Below are positions 1 through 10,575 of a stretch of DNA of 64,000 nucleotides, in pieces. The notes under the pieces were generated by a model. The model saw nothing but the letters and a program-made list of their open reading frames with translations, ran no database searches and was not told the origin of the DNA. Made by a program: the position numbers and the translations under genes. The DNA is from an uncultured delta proteobacterium (GTDB taxonomy: Bacteria; Myxococcota_A; Polyangia; Fen-1088): the NCBI GenBank assembly GCA_963767925.1, contig CAVYGB010000010.1:256001-320000 (forward strand). The letters run 5' to 3'. Numbering within the stretch: position 1 is the stretch's first letter; the number at the start of each line of letters is the position of its first letter.

Positions 1-938
1 TACGCGCCCCAGGGCAGGGCCAGCACCCAGTCGAGGTAGTTGCGGACCACCGCCGCCTCGGCCGACATGGGGGCCATCAGGCGGAGCTTCTTCAGCTCCT
101 TCTTGACCCGGACCGAGGCCTCACCCGAGAGCTGCTTGCCGGCGGCCCGCTCCTCGAGCTCGTTGATCTCGTTCTTGAACTCGTCTTTTTCCCCGACGTC
201 CTTGGGGATACCCGGGATCTCGCCCGAGCCGAGGCCCTCCCGCTCGCCCTTGTCCCCCTGGCGCTTGACCCGCGAGCGGATCTTCCGCTCGGCCTGCAGG
301 ATCTCGATCTCCCCCCGGATGAGCTCGTAAAGGCGCATGAGCCGCTCGTAGGGCGTGCGCATCTCGAGGATGAGCTGCTTGTCGGGCAGCTTGAGGGGGA
401 CCTGGCCGACGATGGTGTCGGCGAGCTGCGAGGGGTCCTCGATCGACTGCACCGAGGTCAGGATCTCGGGCGCGGTCCGCTTGTTGAGCTTGACGTAGCT
501 CTCGAAGGTGGAGAGCACCTCGCGCATGAGGGCCTCGAGCTCGGGCGAGGGCCCGCCCTGGTCGGGCAGCGGCTCCACCTCTACCTCGAAGAACCCGTCG
601 GTCTTGACGAACTGACGGATGATCGCCCGCCGCTTGCCCTCGACCAGCACCTTGATGGTGCCGTCGGGCAGGCGCAAAAGCTGCAGCACCGTGCTCAGCG
701 TTCCGACGGCGTGGATGTCGTCGGGCACCGGCTCGTCGGTGCGCGCTCGGCGCTGGGCCGACAGCAGGATCTCCTTCTGGCTGCCGGGAGCGGTGGCTTC
801 TTCGAGCGCACCTATCGATTTTTCCCGTCCCACGAACAACGGGACCACCATGTGCGGGAACACCACGGTATCCCGCAGGGGCAGCAGCGGCACCCGGTGA
901 ACGAGAACGATTTCCTTGGACCCGTCGTCGTCGCTCAT
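1..938 (-). CDS. lon: ATP-dependent Lon protease, N-terminal part (runs off the window edge)
   Basis: Manual translation from ATG at 938: MSDDDGSKEIVLVHRVPLLPLRDTVVFPHMVVPLFVGREKSIGALEEA...KELKKLRLMAPMSAEAAVVRNYLDWVLALPW. Lies downstream of clpX. Missing from the ORF track because it has no stop in the window. Confidence 0.95.
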   Translation of the reverse strand, partial: MSDDDGSKEIVLVHRVPLLPLRDTVVFPHMVVPLFVGREKSIGALEEATAPGSQKEILLSAQRRARTDEPVPDDIHAVGTLSTVLQLLRLPDGTIKVLVEGKRRAIIRQFVKTDGFFEVEVEPLPDQGGPSPELEALMREVLSTFESYVKLNKRTAPEILTSVQSIEDPSQLADTIVGQVPLKLPDKQLILEMRTPYERLMRLYELIRGEIEILQAERKIRSRVKRQGDKGEREGLGSGEIPGIPKDVGEKDEFKNEINELEERAAGKQLSGEASVRVKKELKKLRLMAPMSAEAAVVRNYLDWVLALPWGA

Positions 939-1073
939 GACCTTCCGCGTCTCCTGCGAACACGCCTGGAGACTGCGGGAAGAATCCTATCAACCCCGTC
1001 GGCGCTCGGCCAGTTCGGCGCGCGACTGGGCCCGAACAATTGAGCTAAAAAGCCCGCTGTCGGGGCATGTCGA

Positions 1074-1499
1074 TCACCAGGACCGACCGCTCGGCTGCGC
1101 ATCCCCGGCGCCTCGTTGCGCTCCGCCGTGGCCCACGCCGGGCGCGTGCTCCAGCTCGTGGAACGTCGGCTTCCAGGCCGGGCTGTCGACCTCGGGATCG
1201 GGTCCCGACAAGGGACCGGTCAGATCGGCATGCGGGCTCACCCGCTGCTCCGGTGTCACCTCTGGCGTGTCGAGCAGAAAGCGCACGTTGATGCAGTCTC
1301 CGAAGACCACGGGGGTGCCGTCGATCGTCTGGGCCTGGACACAACGGGGCTCGCTGGCCGTGACACGGCGAGCGGGCCCGGGCTCGCCGAGCAACCGATA
1401 AAGAGAGGGGATCCCGAAGCCGAGCGCGATGGTCCAGTACAGCACCGCGCCGCCCATCACGACGATCCAAGGAAAGGACTCTTGACGCCGCATCGTCAC
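1074..1499 (-). CDS. Small hypothetical membrane-anchored protein between clpX and lon
   Basis: 141-aa ORF with a strong GAGGAGG RBS just upstream, an N-terminal hydrophobic helix (WIVVMGGAVLYWTIALGFGI) and a Cys pair; co-oriented with its neighbours. Confidence 0.6.
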   Translation of the reverse strand: MTMRRQESFPWIVVMGGAVLYWTIALGFGIPSLYRLLGEPGPARRVTASEPRCVQAQTIDGTPVVFGDCINVRFLLDTPEVTPEQRVSPHADLTGPLSGPDPEVDSPAWKPTFHELEHAPGVGHGGAQRGAGDAQPSGRSW

Positions 1500-1557
1500 A
1501 TGCCTCCTCGATCTGCTTGCCGGTGAAAAATTCGTTTGCCGCCGCCGGTCGGGCCGC

Positions 1558-2826
<1,269 letters not shown>

Positions 2827-2970
2827 GATTGTAAAAGCTAGCACGCTCCGGGCGCGTGCGGAAAGGAGCGACCGTTTCCCCGGTCCAACTACTCGCCGTC
2901 CCGCTCCCCCTGCCGCTCTCCCCCCTGCCCTGCCCCCCCTGCCGGCCTGTTACCGCTGCGGGCCGGACGC

Positions 2971-3010
2971 AAAAACGGCCAGCGCCAGCCCGGAGGCTGG
3001 CGGCTGGCCG
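2971..3010 (-). terminator. Intrinsic terminator downstream of clpP
   Basis: On the minus strand: stem CGGCCAGCCGCCAGCC / GGCTGGCGCTGGCCG closing a UCCG tetraloop, followed by TTTTT. Confidence 0.7.
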
Positions 3011-3032
3011 AGAGGGGGAGTGAAAGCGGGGG

Positions 3033-3659
3033 CTAGCGGGCGGCCTGGGTTCGCTGGGCGAACACCTCGTCGACCACCCCGTATTCCTTGGACTCCAGGG
3101 CGCTCATGAAGTAGTCGCGCTCCGTGTCGTGCTTGATCCGGTCGATGGGTTGACCGGTGTGTTTGGCCAGAAGCTCGTTGAGGGTGTCCCGCGTGCGCAG
3201 GATCTCCTTGGCGTGGATGTCGATGTCCGTGGCCTGCCCGGAGAACCCGCCCAGGGGCTGGTGGATCAGGATCCGGGAGTGCGGAAGGGCATACCGCTTG
3301 CCCTTGGTGCCGGCGGCCAGCAGGAACGCCCCCATGGACGCCGCCTGGCCCATACAGAAGGTGGCGACGTCCGGCCGGACGTACTGCATGGTGTCGTAAA
3401 TCGCCATGCCCGCCGTCACCAACCCGCCAGGGGAGTTGATGTACAGCATGATGTCCTTGTCGGGGTCTTCGCTCTCCAGGAACAGGAGCTGCGCGATGAT
3501 GATGTTGGCGATCTCGTCATTCACCGCAGTGCCCAGGAACACGATTCGATCCTTGAGCAATCGGGAGAAGATGTCCCAGCCGCGCTCGCCCCGGTGGGTC
3601 TGCTCGATGACGGTCGGGATGATGAAACCCATGGGGGACGGTGGCGTCAGGTCTTTCAT
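3033..3659 (-). CDS. clpP: ATP-dependent Clp protease proteolytic subunit
   Basis: [30 protein letters not shown] (catalytic Ser), [14 protein letters not shown]. Confidence 0.98.
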   Translation of the reverse strand: MKDLTPPSPMGFIIPTVIEQTHRGERGWDIFSRLLKDRIVFLGTAVNDEIANIIIAQLLFLESEDPDKDIMLYINSPGGLVTAGMAIYDTMQYVRPDVATFCMGQAASMGAFLLAAGTKGKRYALPHSRILIHQPLGGFSGQATDIDIHAKEILRTRDTLNELLAKHTGQPIDRIKHDTERDYFMSALESKEYGVVDEVFAQRTQAAR

Positions 3660-3684
3660 TTTCCAGTCCTCGCGATCCGCTGAG

Positions 3685-5100
3685 TCAACCCTTCACAATC
3701 CGGGACTCGTCGGGGTTGGCCGGGGCTGACTCGGCCTCCGCCCGCGCTTCGTCGGGCGAGAGGATGAGCCGACCACCGACCTTCCGTGCCTCCTGCGGCG
3801 TCACGATCAACCGTTCCGGATCGACGTCCGTGATCTTAGCCTGCGAAAGCAGCATATCAAGCGTCTTCTCCTCGCGGATCTGAGCTCGCAATCCATTCAT
3901 TTGCTGATTCTGCTCGAGCTCGGCCCGCAGCTTCTTGGCGCTGGTCTGGCGGGCGGCGGCCAGCTCGGCGACCCGTTTCTGGACGTCGCCGTCGGTGATC
4001 TCCACGCCCTCCCGGTCGGCGATCGCGCGCAGGAGGACCGTGGCCCGGGCCTCCTCGGTGGCCTCGTCCTTGAACTCGTCTTTCATCTTGTCGGCGTCGA
4101 GCGACTCGACGTCGAGGCCCATCATGGCGAGCTGGACCCGGGCCCGGGCGATGATCCCCTCGGCGTGCCGTTCGACGAGGGCGGGGGCGATCTCGAAGCT
4201 GTTGCGCTCGATGAGCTGCTTGGTTAGGGCGGCCTCCAGCTCGCGCTTGATCCGGCGCTTGTCGGCCTCGATGAGGCGCTCCTCGACCTTCTTCTTGAGG
4301 TCCTCGAGGGTGTCGGCCTCCCCGGTGTCCTTGGCCAGCTCGTCGTCGAGGGCGGGGGTGCGCCGCTCGCGCGCCTCCTTTATGGTGAGGTGGAGGGAGA
4401 CCTCCTTGCCGGCCAGCTCGCTCGGCTTGATCTCGTCGCCGATCGTGTATTTCACCTCGTGGTAGGCGCCGGGCGTGATGCCGATGCCGCGCAGGTGGGG
4501 CGCCAGGCCGGGCAAGGGGCCACCGGTCTCGTCGCCGAGGTCGACGGCGACGGTGTTCTTCTTCACCTTGTGCTCGCCGACCTTGCCGTGCACCTCGATG
4601 AGGAGCACGTCGCTCTGCTGGGCGACCTCCCGCCCCTCGACGGGGGCGAAGGTCGTGAGCTGCTTCTGGTAGCCGGCCAGGGCCTCGGTGAGCTGCTCGG
4701 GCGTGACCTTGGCCGGGCGCCGCTCCAGCGGGATGCCGGTGTAGTTCTGGGGCTCGACCTGGGAGCGAACCTCGACCCGGGCGGAGAACTTGAAGGGCTC
4801 GCCCGAGCGGAGCACCATCTTGTCGACCCGGGGCGGGGCCACCGGATCGATCTGCTTGTCCCGGATGGCCTGTCCGAGCGACAGCTCGACGAGCGACCGG
4901 GCCACATCGTCTTCGATGCGGTGGCGGTAGAGCTTCTCCAGAACCTGCCGGGGGGCCTTGCCCGGGCGGAAGCCTTTGAGATGCACCTCCTTGCGGAGGT
5001 CGTTATAAGCGCGGTCAAGGCGGGGAGCGACGTCGGTCCAGGGGACCTCGAACTCCACCCGCTTCTCGACGGGCGAGATGTCCTCGATCGTTATCTGCAT
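3685..5100 (-). CDS. tig: Trigger factor
   Basis: [13 protein letters not shown] start, GFRPGKAP ribosome-binding signature, position upstream of clpP. True start is ATG 5100, not the 5397 ORF extension. Confidence 0.95.
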   Translation of the reverse strand: MQITIEDISPVEKRVEFEVPWTDVAPRLDRAYNDLRKEVHLKGFRPGKAPRQVLEKLYRHRIEDDVARSLVELSLGQAIRDKQIDPVAPPRVDKMVLRSGEPFKFSARVEVRSQVEPQNYTGIPLERRPAKVTPEQLTEALAGYQKQLTTFAPVEGREVAQQSDVLLIEVHGKVGEHKVKKNTVAVDLGDETGGPLPGLAPHLRGIGITPGAYHEVKYTIGDEIKPSELAGKEVSLHLTIKEARERRTPALDDELAKDTGEADTLEDLKKKVEERLIEADKRRIKRELEAALTKQLIERNSFEIAPALVERHAEGIIARARVQLAMMGLDVESLDADKMKDEFKDEATEEARATVLLRAIADREGVEITDGDVQKRVAELAAARQTSAKKLRAELEQNQQMNGLRAQIREEKTLDMLLSQAKITDVDPERLIVTPQEARKVGGRLILSPDEARAEAESAPANPDESRIVKG

Positions 5101-5423
5101 GGGGGTCGCAGGATAGTAGAGGAGCGCGGGCGGTGAAAGGCGCAGATGCCGCGCGCGGGAAACCGGACTCCCGCACCCACGGGCGGCGACGGCCGGTGGA
5201 CGTGGCAACGCCTTGCGGCGCGGGCGGGGTGGTGGATCCTCCCCGGCGCCCCTCGAACTACCTCTGCGAGGCGAGCGGCACCGTTTGCCGGGGCCGACCG
5301 GGGTAAATGTGCTGCAAAACGGGCCGAAAGGTGGCGAAAGGCTCACCTCGAAGGACACGCGCGGAGCCGGCGGCGGCAGCGCCGGCGTCGGGCGCATGCA
5401 GGATTTCCCTGGAACCTCTTGCC

Positions 5424-7436
5424 ATGAAGGTGCCTCTCGTACACCATAGCGGGCTCGTCATGGCGCTCGGAGGGTTTACGCTGGCGGACCGCCTGGGGGC
5501 GAAGACGATGCCTTGCCGGGTGGCTGGGTGCACGCGCACCTGGCTACAGTTCGGTGGTAAGGCCGCGTTCACGCTCGGTGGTCGGTCCGAAACGGTGTCC
5601 GGTTCTGCGGGCGCGGGGATGTGCGATCCCTGCAAGAAGAAGCTCGCCTCGATCACGGATAAACAGCGCCGGTGCGATGTGCCCGGTTGCGATGGGACCT
5701 GGACCTGGACGGTCGACGCCCAGCTCGAGGCGTTCGCCACCCATCGTCCACCCCCCAAGAACCTCTGCGCTTCTTGCGAGGGCAAGCTCGCCGCGCTCGA
5801 GGAGAAACAGGTCGCCTGTACGGTGCCCGGCTGCGAGCGCACCGCCACCCTGAGCAAGCGCAGCCAGCTCCTCGCCCAGGCCCAGGCCGAAAAAGCGCAA
5901 GAAAGCGCGCAAGAAGCGGCGCACGACGAGGCGCAGGCCCAGGCAGAAAAGCAGGCGGAGCACGCGGCGGCTCACGCTCACGCTCACGCTCACACTCCGT
6001 CCGAGGCGGCCGCCGAGGCGGCCCCTGCCGACGAGACCCAGACGGGGGCCGAGTCCGCCGGCGACGATTCCGCCGAGGGGGCTACCGCGGAGGCGGCACC
6101 CGCCGAGAAGACCAGCTCCGACAAGAACGGAGACCGCGAGGTCGCCGCCCGCGCGGAGAAGCCGGGACGGGTTACCTACGAAGGACCGTTCTGCGAGCCC
6201 TGCGGCGACGTGGCCCGCCGGCTCCAGGACCGGCCCGTCACCTGCGGCATCAACGGCTGCAAGCGCAAGTGGATCTGGAAGGCCGACGATCAGCTCCAGG
6301 CCTTCGCCGCGGGCAAGCCCAACGAGCCGCCCCGGCGGATGTGCGACACCTGCCGGGCGCACTTCGGCAAGCTCAGCGACCGCGAGGTGCGCTGCCGGAC
6401 CTCGGGCTGCAAGAAGACCTGGACCTGGAGCCGGTTCGATCAGCTCGACGCTTGCGCGGCGGACAAGGCGGCGCCGAAGGCGCCCGCCCGCATGTGCGAC
6501 AACTGCTATGACCTGTTCCAGAAGCTGAAGGACGTCGAGCGTCCCTGTCGCAAGAGCGGCTGCAAGCGGACCTGGACGGACAAGCGGGGTGCCCAGCTCG
6601 CCCGGCTGGTGCGGGGCAAGACCGGCGATCCCTATCCCCAGTATTGCAACGAGTGCCGCAAGGAGCTCGGGGACCTCGAGGACCGCGAGATTTCCTGCAA
6701 GACCGAGGGCTGCCCGGGGACCTGGACCTGGTCGCGGGAGCAGCAGCTCGCCGCCGGCGTGCGGCCCAGCCCCAAGCCGGTCTCAGAACCGGCCAGCGAG
6801 CCGGCCGGCGAGTCGAGAAAGACGGCACCGGCACCGGCCGAGGCAGCCGCGGCTCCTCCGGCACCGACCGAGGCAGCGGTGGCGGCCGGGTCCGAGGTTG
6901 GCGATCCGGGGACCGAGACGCCAGCGGAGACCACGACCGAAGCTGCGACCGAAACTGCGGCCGAAGCTGCGACCGAAGCTGCGAAGACGTCGGCGCCCAC
7001 GGCCGAAGCCGCTCCGGTTCCGACCGGGAGCGCGGTGGCGGCGCCCGCCCATCGCCACGCCCATCCGGGCCGGCGCGACAAGAAGCACCGCCGGCAGCGG
7101 CAGATCCAGCCGCCCGAGCGGCTCTGCCACGCCTGCGCCGAGTTCCTCAAGGACCGCAAGACGCTCGAAACCCCCTGCTCGCAGTGTGGGACGGCGATCT
7201 ACTGGCCGCCCGAGAGCCAGCTCCAGACCCACCTCGGCAACTGGGCCACCCCCTCGCTGTGTGGGGCCTGCAAGCGCGACGCGACCGAGGCTGCCCGGCG
7301 GGTGGCCAAGGAAGTGCTCCGCCAGCAGGTCATGGACGCCGCTCCTCACCCCGCCGCGGAGACCGCCGAGGCCGAGGCGCCGGCCGCCCCCGAGCCGACG
7401 GCCGACGACCTGCCCCCAGAGAACCAGCCGAGCTGA
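5424..7436 (+). CDS. Tandem zinc-ribbon repeat protein (8 CxxxxC/CxxC...CxxC units) with low-complexity inserts
   Basis: Repeating D-x4-C-xxx-G-C-xx-x-W-x-W-x4-Q...C-xx-C pattern. Start is uncertain (5424 or 5460). Confidence 0.8.
   Translation: MKVPLVHHSGLVMALGGFTLADRLGAKTMPCRVAGCTRTWLQFGGKAAFTLGGRSETVSGSAGAGMCDPCKKKLASITDKQRRCDVPGCDGTWTWTVDAQLEAFATHRPPPKNLCASCEGKLAALEEKQVACTVPGCERTATLSKRSQLLAQAQAEKAQESAQEAAHDEAQAQAEKQAEHAAAHAHAHAHTPSEAAAEAAPADETQTGAESAGDDSAEGATAEAAPAEKTSSDKNGDREVAARAEKPGRVTYEGPFCEPCGDVARRLQDRPVTCGINGCKRKWIWKADDQLQAFAAGKPNEPPRRMCDTCRAHFGKLSDREVRCRTSGCKKTWTWSRFDQLDACAADKAAPKAPARMCDNCYDLFQKLKDVERPCRKSGCKRTWTDKRGAQLARLVRGKTGDPYPQYCNECRKELGDLEDREISCKTEGCPGTWTWSREQQLAAGVRPSPKPVSEPASEPAGESRKTAPAPAEAAAAPPAPTEAAVAAGSEVGDPGTETPAETTTEAATETAAEAATEAAKTSAPTAEAAPVPTGSAVAAPAHRHAHPGRRDKKHRRQRQIQPPERLCHACAEFLKDRKTLETPCSQCGTAIYWPPESQLQTHLGNWATPSLCGACKRDATEAARRVAKEVLRQQVMDAAPHPAAETAEAEAPAAPEPTADDLPPENQPS
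5970..5993 (+). repeat. (GCTCAC)x4 in-frame hexamer repeat encoding Ala-His
   Basis: Seen directly; lies in the low-complexity insert of the zinc-ribbon protein. Confidence 0.85.
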
Positions 7437-7570
7437 GCCGACCGGCGGGCCAGGCCAGAGCACCCGGTGCGGCCTGGCCCGGGCGCTGGCCGGTGCCGCT
7501 CGCGGCCTTTTCTCAGGGTGGTTTCAAGAAACCAGGGGGTTCCGTCGATCGTGTGGACGTTCGTGCTGTC

Positions 7571-8080
7571 ATGAGCGTACCGAAGCATACGATCTTCGCG
7601 TCACAGGCCCTGGGGCTGGCGGCGATGTTTCAGGCGTTGACCTCCAAGCACCGCCTCGGTGGGTCCCCGGCCTACCTCCCGCAACTCGCTGCCCCCGACG
7701 GTCCCTCCACCGCCGGCGGAAAGCAGGCCCTGCAACACGTGTCGCTGATCCCGGAGGGCGGCGGGGACACCATCGTGATCGGCAGCGCCAACACGGTGGA
7801 GAAGCGGGCCGAGCTGCGCAGCTACCGGCACGTGGGGCGGACCTACGGCCAGCGCTGGCGCGGGGCCCAGCTCCCCTTCGACAAGGAGGCCTACGACGAG
7901 CTGCTGAAGCAGATCCAGGCCTTCTTCAGCAGCCAGAGCTTCATCGTCACGGTGCTCGACCTGCCCTCCGAGAAGGTGGAGAGGGTCGGTCAGCCCTCCC
8001 GCTCGCGCACCCGTGCGCTGATCTTGCCCGGCCTGCTGATGATCGCCCTGGCCGGAGCCGCCGTCTATTTCCTCACGTAG
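7571..8080 (+). CDS. Hypothetical protein with a single C-terminal transmembrane anchor
   Basis: MSVPKHTIFASQALG...ALILPGLLMIALAGAAVYFLT, typical GC3-rich codon usage; 3' part of ORF 6644..8080. Confidence 0.75.
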   Translation: MSVPKHTIFASQALGLAAMFQALTSKHRLGGSPAYLPQLAAPDGPSTAGGKQALQHVSLIPEGGGDTIVIGSANTVEKRAELRSYRHVGRTYGQRWRGAQLPFDKEAYDELLKQIQAFFSSQSFIVTVLDLPSEKVERVGQPSRSRTRALILPGLLMIALAGAAVYFLT

Positions 8081-8504
8081 TCCCCGGACGAGCTGCGGCG
8101 GCCGCCAGCCGGCGGGCCAGCGGGTAGTCGGCGGGAGGGAGGGGTAGCCCGGGGAGCGCCCCTGGCTCGAACCAGCTCACCGCCGCCACCGTGCGCGCTC
8201 GGGGGACCCCGCCCTGGATCGCGCAGCGGTAGACGAGCATGTAGAGGTCGAAGTCCGGGTAGCCGTGGAAGACGACCTCGAAGATGGTCCCCACCGCCAC
8301 CGTGCAGCCGAGCTCCTCCTCGATCTCGCGGGCCAGGGCCACCTCGGGGGACTCGCCCGCCTCGATCTTGCCGCCCGGGAACTCCCAGCAGCCGGGCAGC
8401 GATTGATCGGCCCGGCGGCGGGACATCAGGATCTTCCCGTCGTTCTCGATGAGCGCTGCCGCCACGAGCAGGCGGCGGCGCTCAGCGACTGGGGGAGGCG
8501 GCAC
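8073..8504 (-). CDS. NUDIX hydrolase, MutT/NudG-like (d)NTP pyrophosphohydrolase
   Basis: WEFPGGKIEAGESPEVALAREIEEELG Nudix box; C-terminal PPAD motif. Confidence 0.92.
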   Translation of the reverse strand: MPPPPVAERRRLLVAAALIENDGKILMSRRRADQSLPGCWEFPGGKIEAGESPEVALAREIEEELGCTVAVGTIFEVVFHGYPDFDLYMLVYRCAIQGGVPRARTVAAVSWFEPGALPGLPLPPADYPLARRLAAAAARPGTT

Positions 8505-10152
8505 GGCGATCGATGATGTCGAGGATCTCGTTCAACTGGAAGGGTTTGCTCACGCAGGTGACATTCCCTTCCTCCATGAACCGGCGGGCGTCGGCGGAGA
8601 AGGCGCCCCCCGTGATGATGACCATGCGCTGCTCGAGGCCGGGCCAGCGCTCGGCCACGAGCTGGTAGACGTCGGCCCCCGACAGCTCCGGCATCTGCAG
8701 GTCGCAGAGAATGACGTCGAAGCGCCGATCCTGCTCCAGGCGCTGCAGCGCCTCCGCTCCGCTGTAGGCCAGCTCGATGTCGTGGTGGTCGATCAACATC
8801 CGGCGGTAGGCCTTCAGCAGCAGGACCTCGTCGTCGACCGCCAGCAGGCGGTGGCGGCGGCGGCTGGGCAGGGGGGCCGGGCTGCGCTCGCGCGGCCGCT
8901 CGGCCAGGGCGGGCAGGCGCACCCGGAAGAGGGCCCCCTCGGGCTGGGCGTTTTCGGCGGTGATCTCGCCGCCCGCCGAACGAACGATCTCGCGCGAGAT
9001 CGAGAGCCCCAGACCGGTGCCGACGCCGGCCGGCTTGGTGCTGAAGAAGGAGTCGAAGATGCGGGGCATGATCTCGGGGGGGATGCCGGGGCCGTTGTCC
9101 TGCACCTCGATCACCACCTCTTCACCCTCGTCGAAGCTGCGCACGCTGATGCGGTTGCGCTTGAGCTGCCCCTCAGGCAGGGCCTGGGCGGCGTTGGCGA
9201 TGAGGTTGAGGAAGACCTGCCCCAGACGGGCGGAGTTGCCCCGCACCGGTCGGGTGGCGGCGAACCGGCGTTCGACCCCTGCCCGGTAGCGCAGCTCGTT
9301 GCGGAGCATGGTGAGGGCCGAGTCGACCGCGGCGTTCACGTCGGTGAAGCCCGCCGGATCGTCGTCCACCCGAGAGAACGAGTGCAGATCGCGGACGATG
9401 CGCTGGATGCGCGCCATCCCTTCCTTCGACTCTTGCACGATGGCCATCGCCTCGAACAGCAGGTCCTTGATGCCCAGCCGGCGGGCCAGGGGCGGGTCGG
9501 CGCGCAGCCGCTCGTCGAGGATGGTGAGCATGCCGCCGAGCGCTTCGGTGTTGGCCAGCACGAAGGAGGCGGGGTTGTTTATCTCGTGGGCCATCCCCGC
9601 GGCCAGCGTGCCGATGGCGGCGAGCTTGGCCGACTGGAGCCGGCGGACTTCCGTGTCGCGGCCCTCGGTGACGTCGCGGATGTAGACCAGCGCCCTCCTG
9701 CCCGCCACCGGGTGGGCCCGGGCCTCGAAGTGGCGGCCGGCCCGGCTGAGGCCCCCATCGGCGGCATGCTGGCGGGCGATGGCCTCACGGGCCAGGCGCA
9801 TCAGGATGGCGTCGAGGCCGATCTCGCCGATGCCGCCGCTGCCCTCGAAGAAATAGACGGGCGGCACCTCGGGGGCGCCCTCCCCCGAGACGCTCTCCGC
9901 GCGCAGGCGGGCGCCGGCGGCGTTCTCGAGGTGGAGCTTTCCCCCCTCGTCGTAGAGAAACAGGCACTCATCGATGACGTCGAAGGTCTCGCGGAGCGTG
10001 TCGCGCTCGAGGCGCAGCTCGCGGGCCAGCTCCTCGAGCTGGCCGCGAGCGCCAGGGTCGGCGACGCCAGGGTCGGCGACGCCAGGGTCGGCGACCTCGG
10101 GCCCGGAGCGGGCTCGGGGTCCCGGATCGATCCGGGCCGGCTGCTCGTCCAT
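8482..10152 (-). CDS. Hybrid sensor histidine kinase (PAS-like, HisKA, HATPase, REC)
   Basis: MAHEINNP H-box, QVFLNLIANA N-box, DNGPGI, FFSTKPAGVGTGLGL, C-terminal receiver LAVDDE...CDLQMP...SKP. Confidence 0.93.
   Translation of the reverse strand: MDEQPARIDPGPRARSGPEVADPGVADPGVADPGARGQLEELARELRLERDTLRETFDVIDECLFLYDEGGKLHLENAAGARLRAESVSGEGAPEVPPVYFFEGSGGIGEIGLDAILMRLAREAIARQHAADGGLSRAGRHFEARAHPVAGRRALVYIRDVTEGRDTEVRRLQSAKLAAIGTLAAGMAHEINNPASFVLANTEALGGMLTILDERLRADPPLARRLGIKDLLFEAMAIVQESKEGMARIQRIVRDLHSFSRVDDDPAGFTDVNAAVDSALTMLRNELRYRAGVERRFAATRPVRGNSARLGQVFLNLIANAAQALPEGQLKRNRISVRSFDEGEEVVIEVQDNGPGIPPEIMPRIFDSFFSTKPAGVGTGLGLSISREIVRSAGGEITAENAQPEGALFRVRLPALAERPRERSPAPLPSRRRHRLLAVDDEVLLLKAYRRMLIDHHDIELAYSGAEALQRLEQDRRFDVILCDLQMPELSGADVYQLVAERWPGLEQRMVIITGGAFSADARRFMEEGNVTCVSKPFQLNEILDIIDRRAASPSR
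10051..10095. repeat. 15-bp perfect tandem repeat x3 (GCCAGGGTCGGCGAC) encoding VADPG in the kinase N-terminus
   Basis: Seen directly. Confidence 0.9.
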
Positions 10153-10389
10153 GGCTAGCGACGTCCAGGTGGACGTTCCAGTGAACGCCGGGAAGCCCAT
10201 ACGGAAGCGAGGTTTCGGGAGCGGCGCAGGGGAATCATTCGCCAGGAAATCGTCTTACATCGGGCGATGGAGGCATCGGATGAATGCAGGACGGTGGTAT
10301 TATCGTTCATCCTCTCGTCTGTCTCAACCCACCTTTGCATGCAGAGGGATCGGAATCGGACGGGATGGCTGGGGTGTAATGGGCAGAAC

Positions 10390-10437
10390 GACACCGCGAC
10401 CGCTCGGCGCTGAGACACCGCGACCGCTCGGGGCTGA
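10390..10437. repeat. 24-bp tandem duplication (1 mismatch) in the divergent intergenic region
   Basis: GACACCGCGACCGCTCGG(C/G)GCTGA x2. Confidence 0.85.
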
Positions 10438-10575
10438 TGCGCCTCGAACCGCCCGGGCCCGGGCCAGCGCAGCGATGGGCCTGACCCGGACAGCACCCTG
10501 CGCAGGCCGGCGGTCCCCTCCCGATCATGTAGCCAGCCTAAAGACGAAGTGGGACACCGCCGATGTATCGGCTGG

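Noticed and set aside
121..993. 290-aa minus-strand ORF in the track
   Set aside because: Off-frame overlap of lon; the real frame starts at 938 and is open to the window edge.
5101..5423. tRNA upstream of tig (a common location)
   Set aside because: No cloverleaf, T-loop GTTCRA or CCA end recognisable on either strand.
6935..6985. 12-bp (TEAA-type) tandem repeat as a regulatory element
   Set aside because: In-frame low-complexity coding repeat within a disordered linker.
10051..10437. Short direct repeats as a CRISPR array
   Set aside because: Adjacent tandem copies without spacers, only 2-3 units, and no cas genes.
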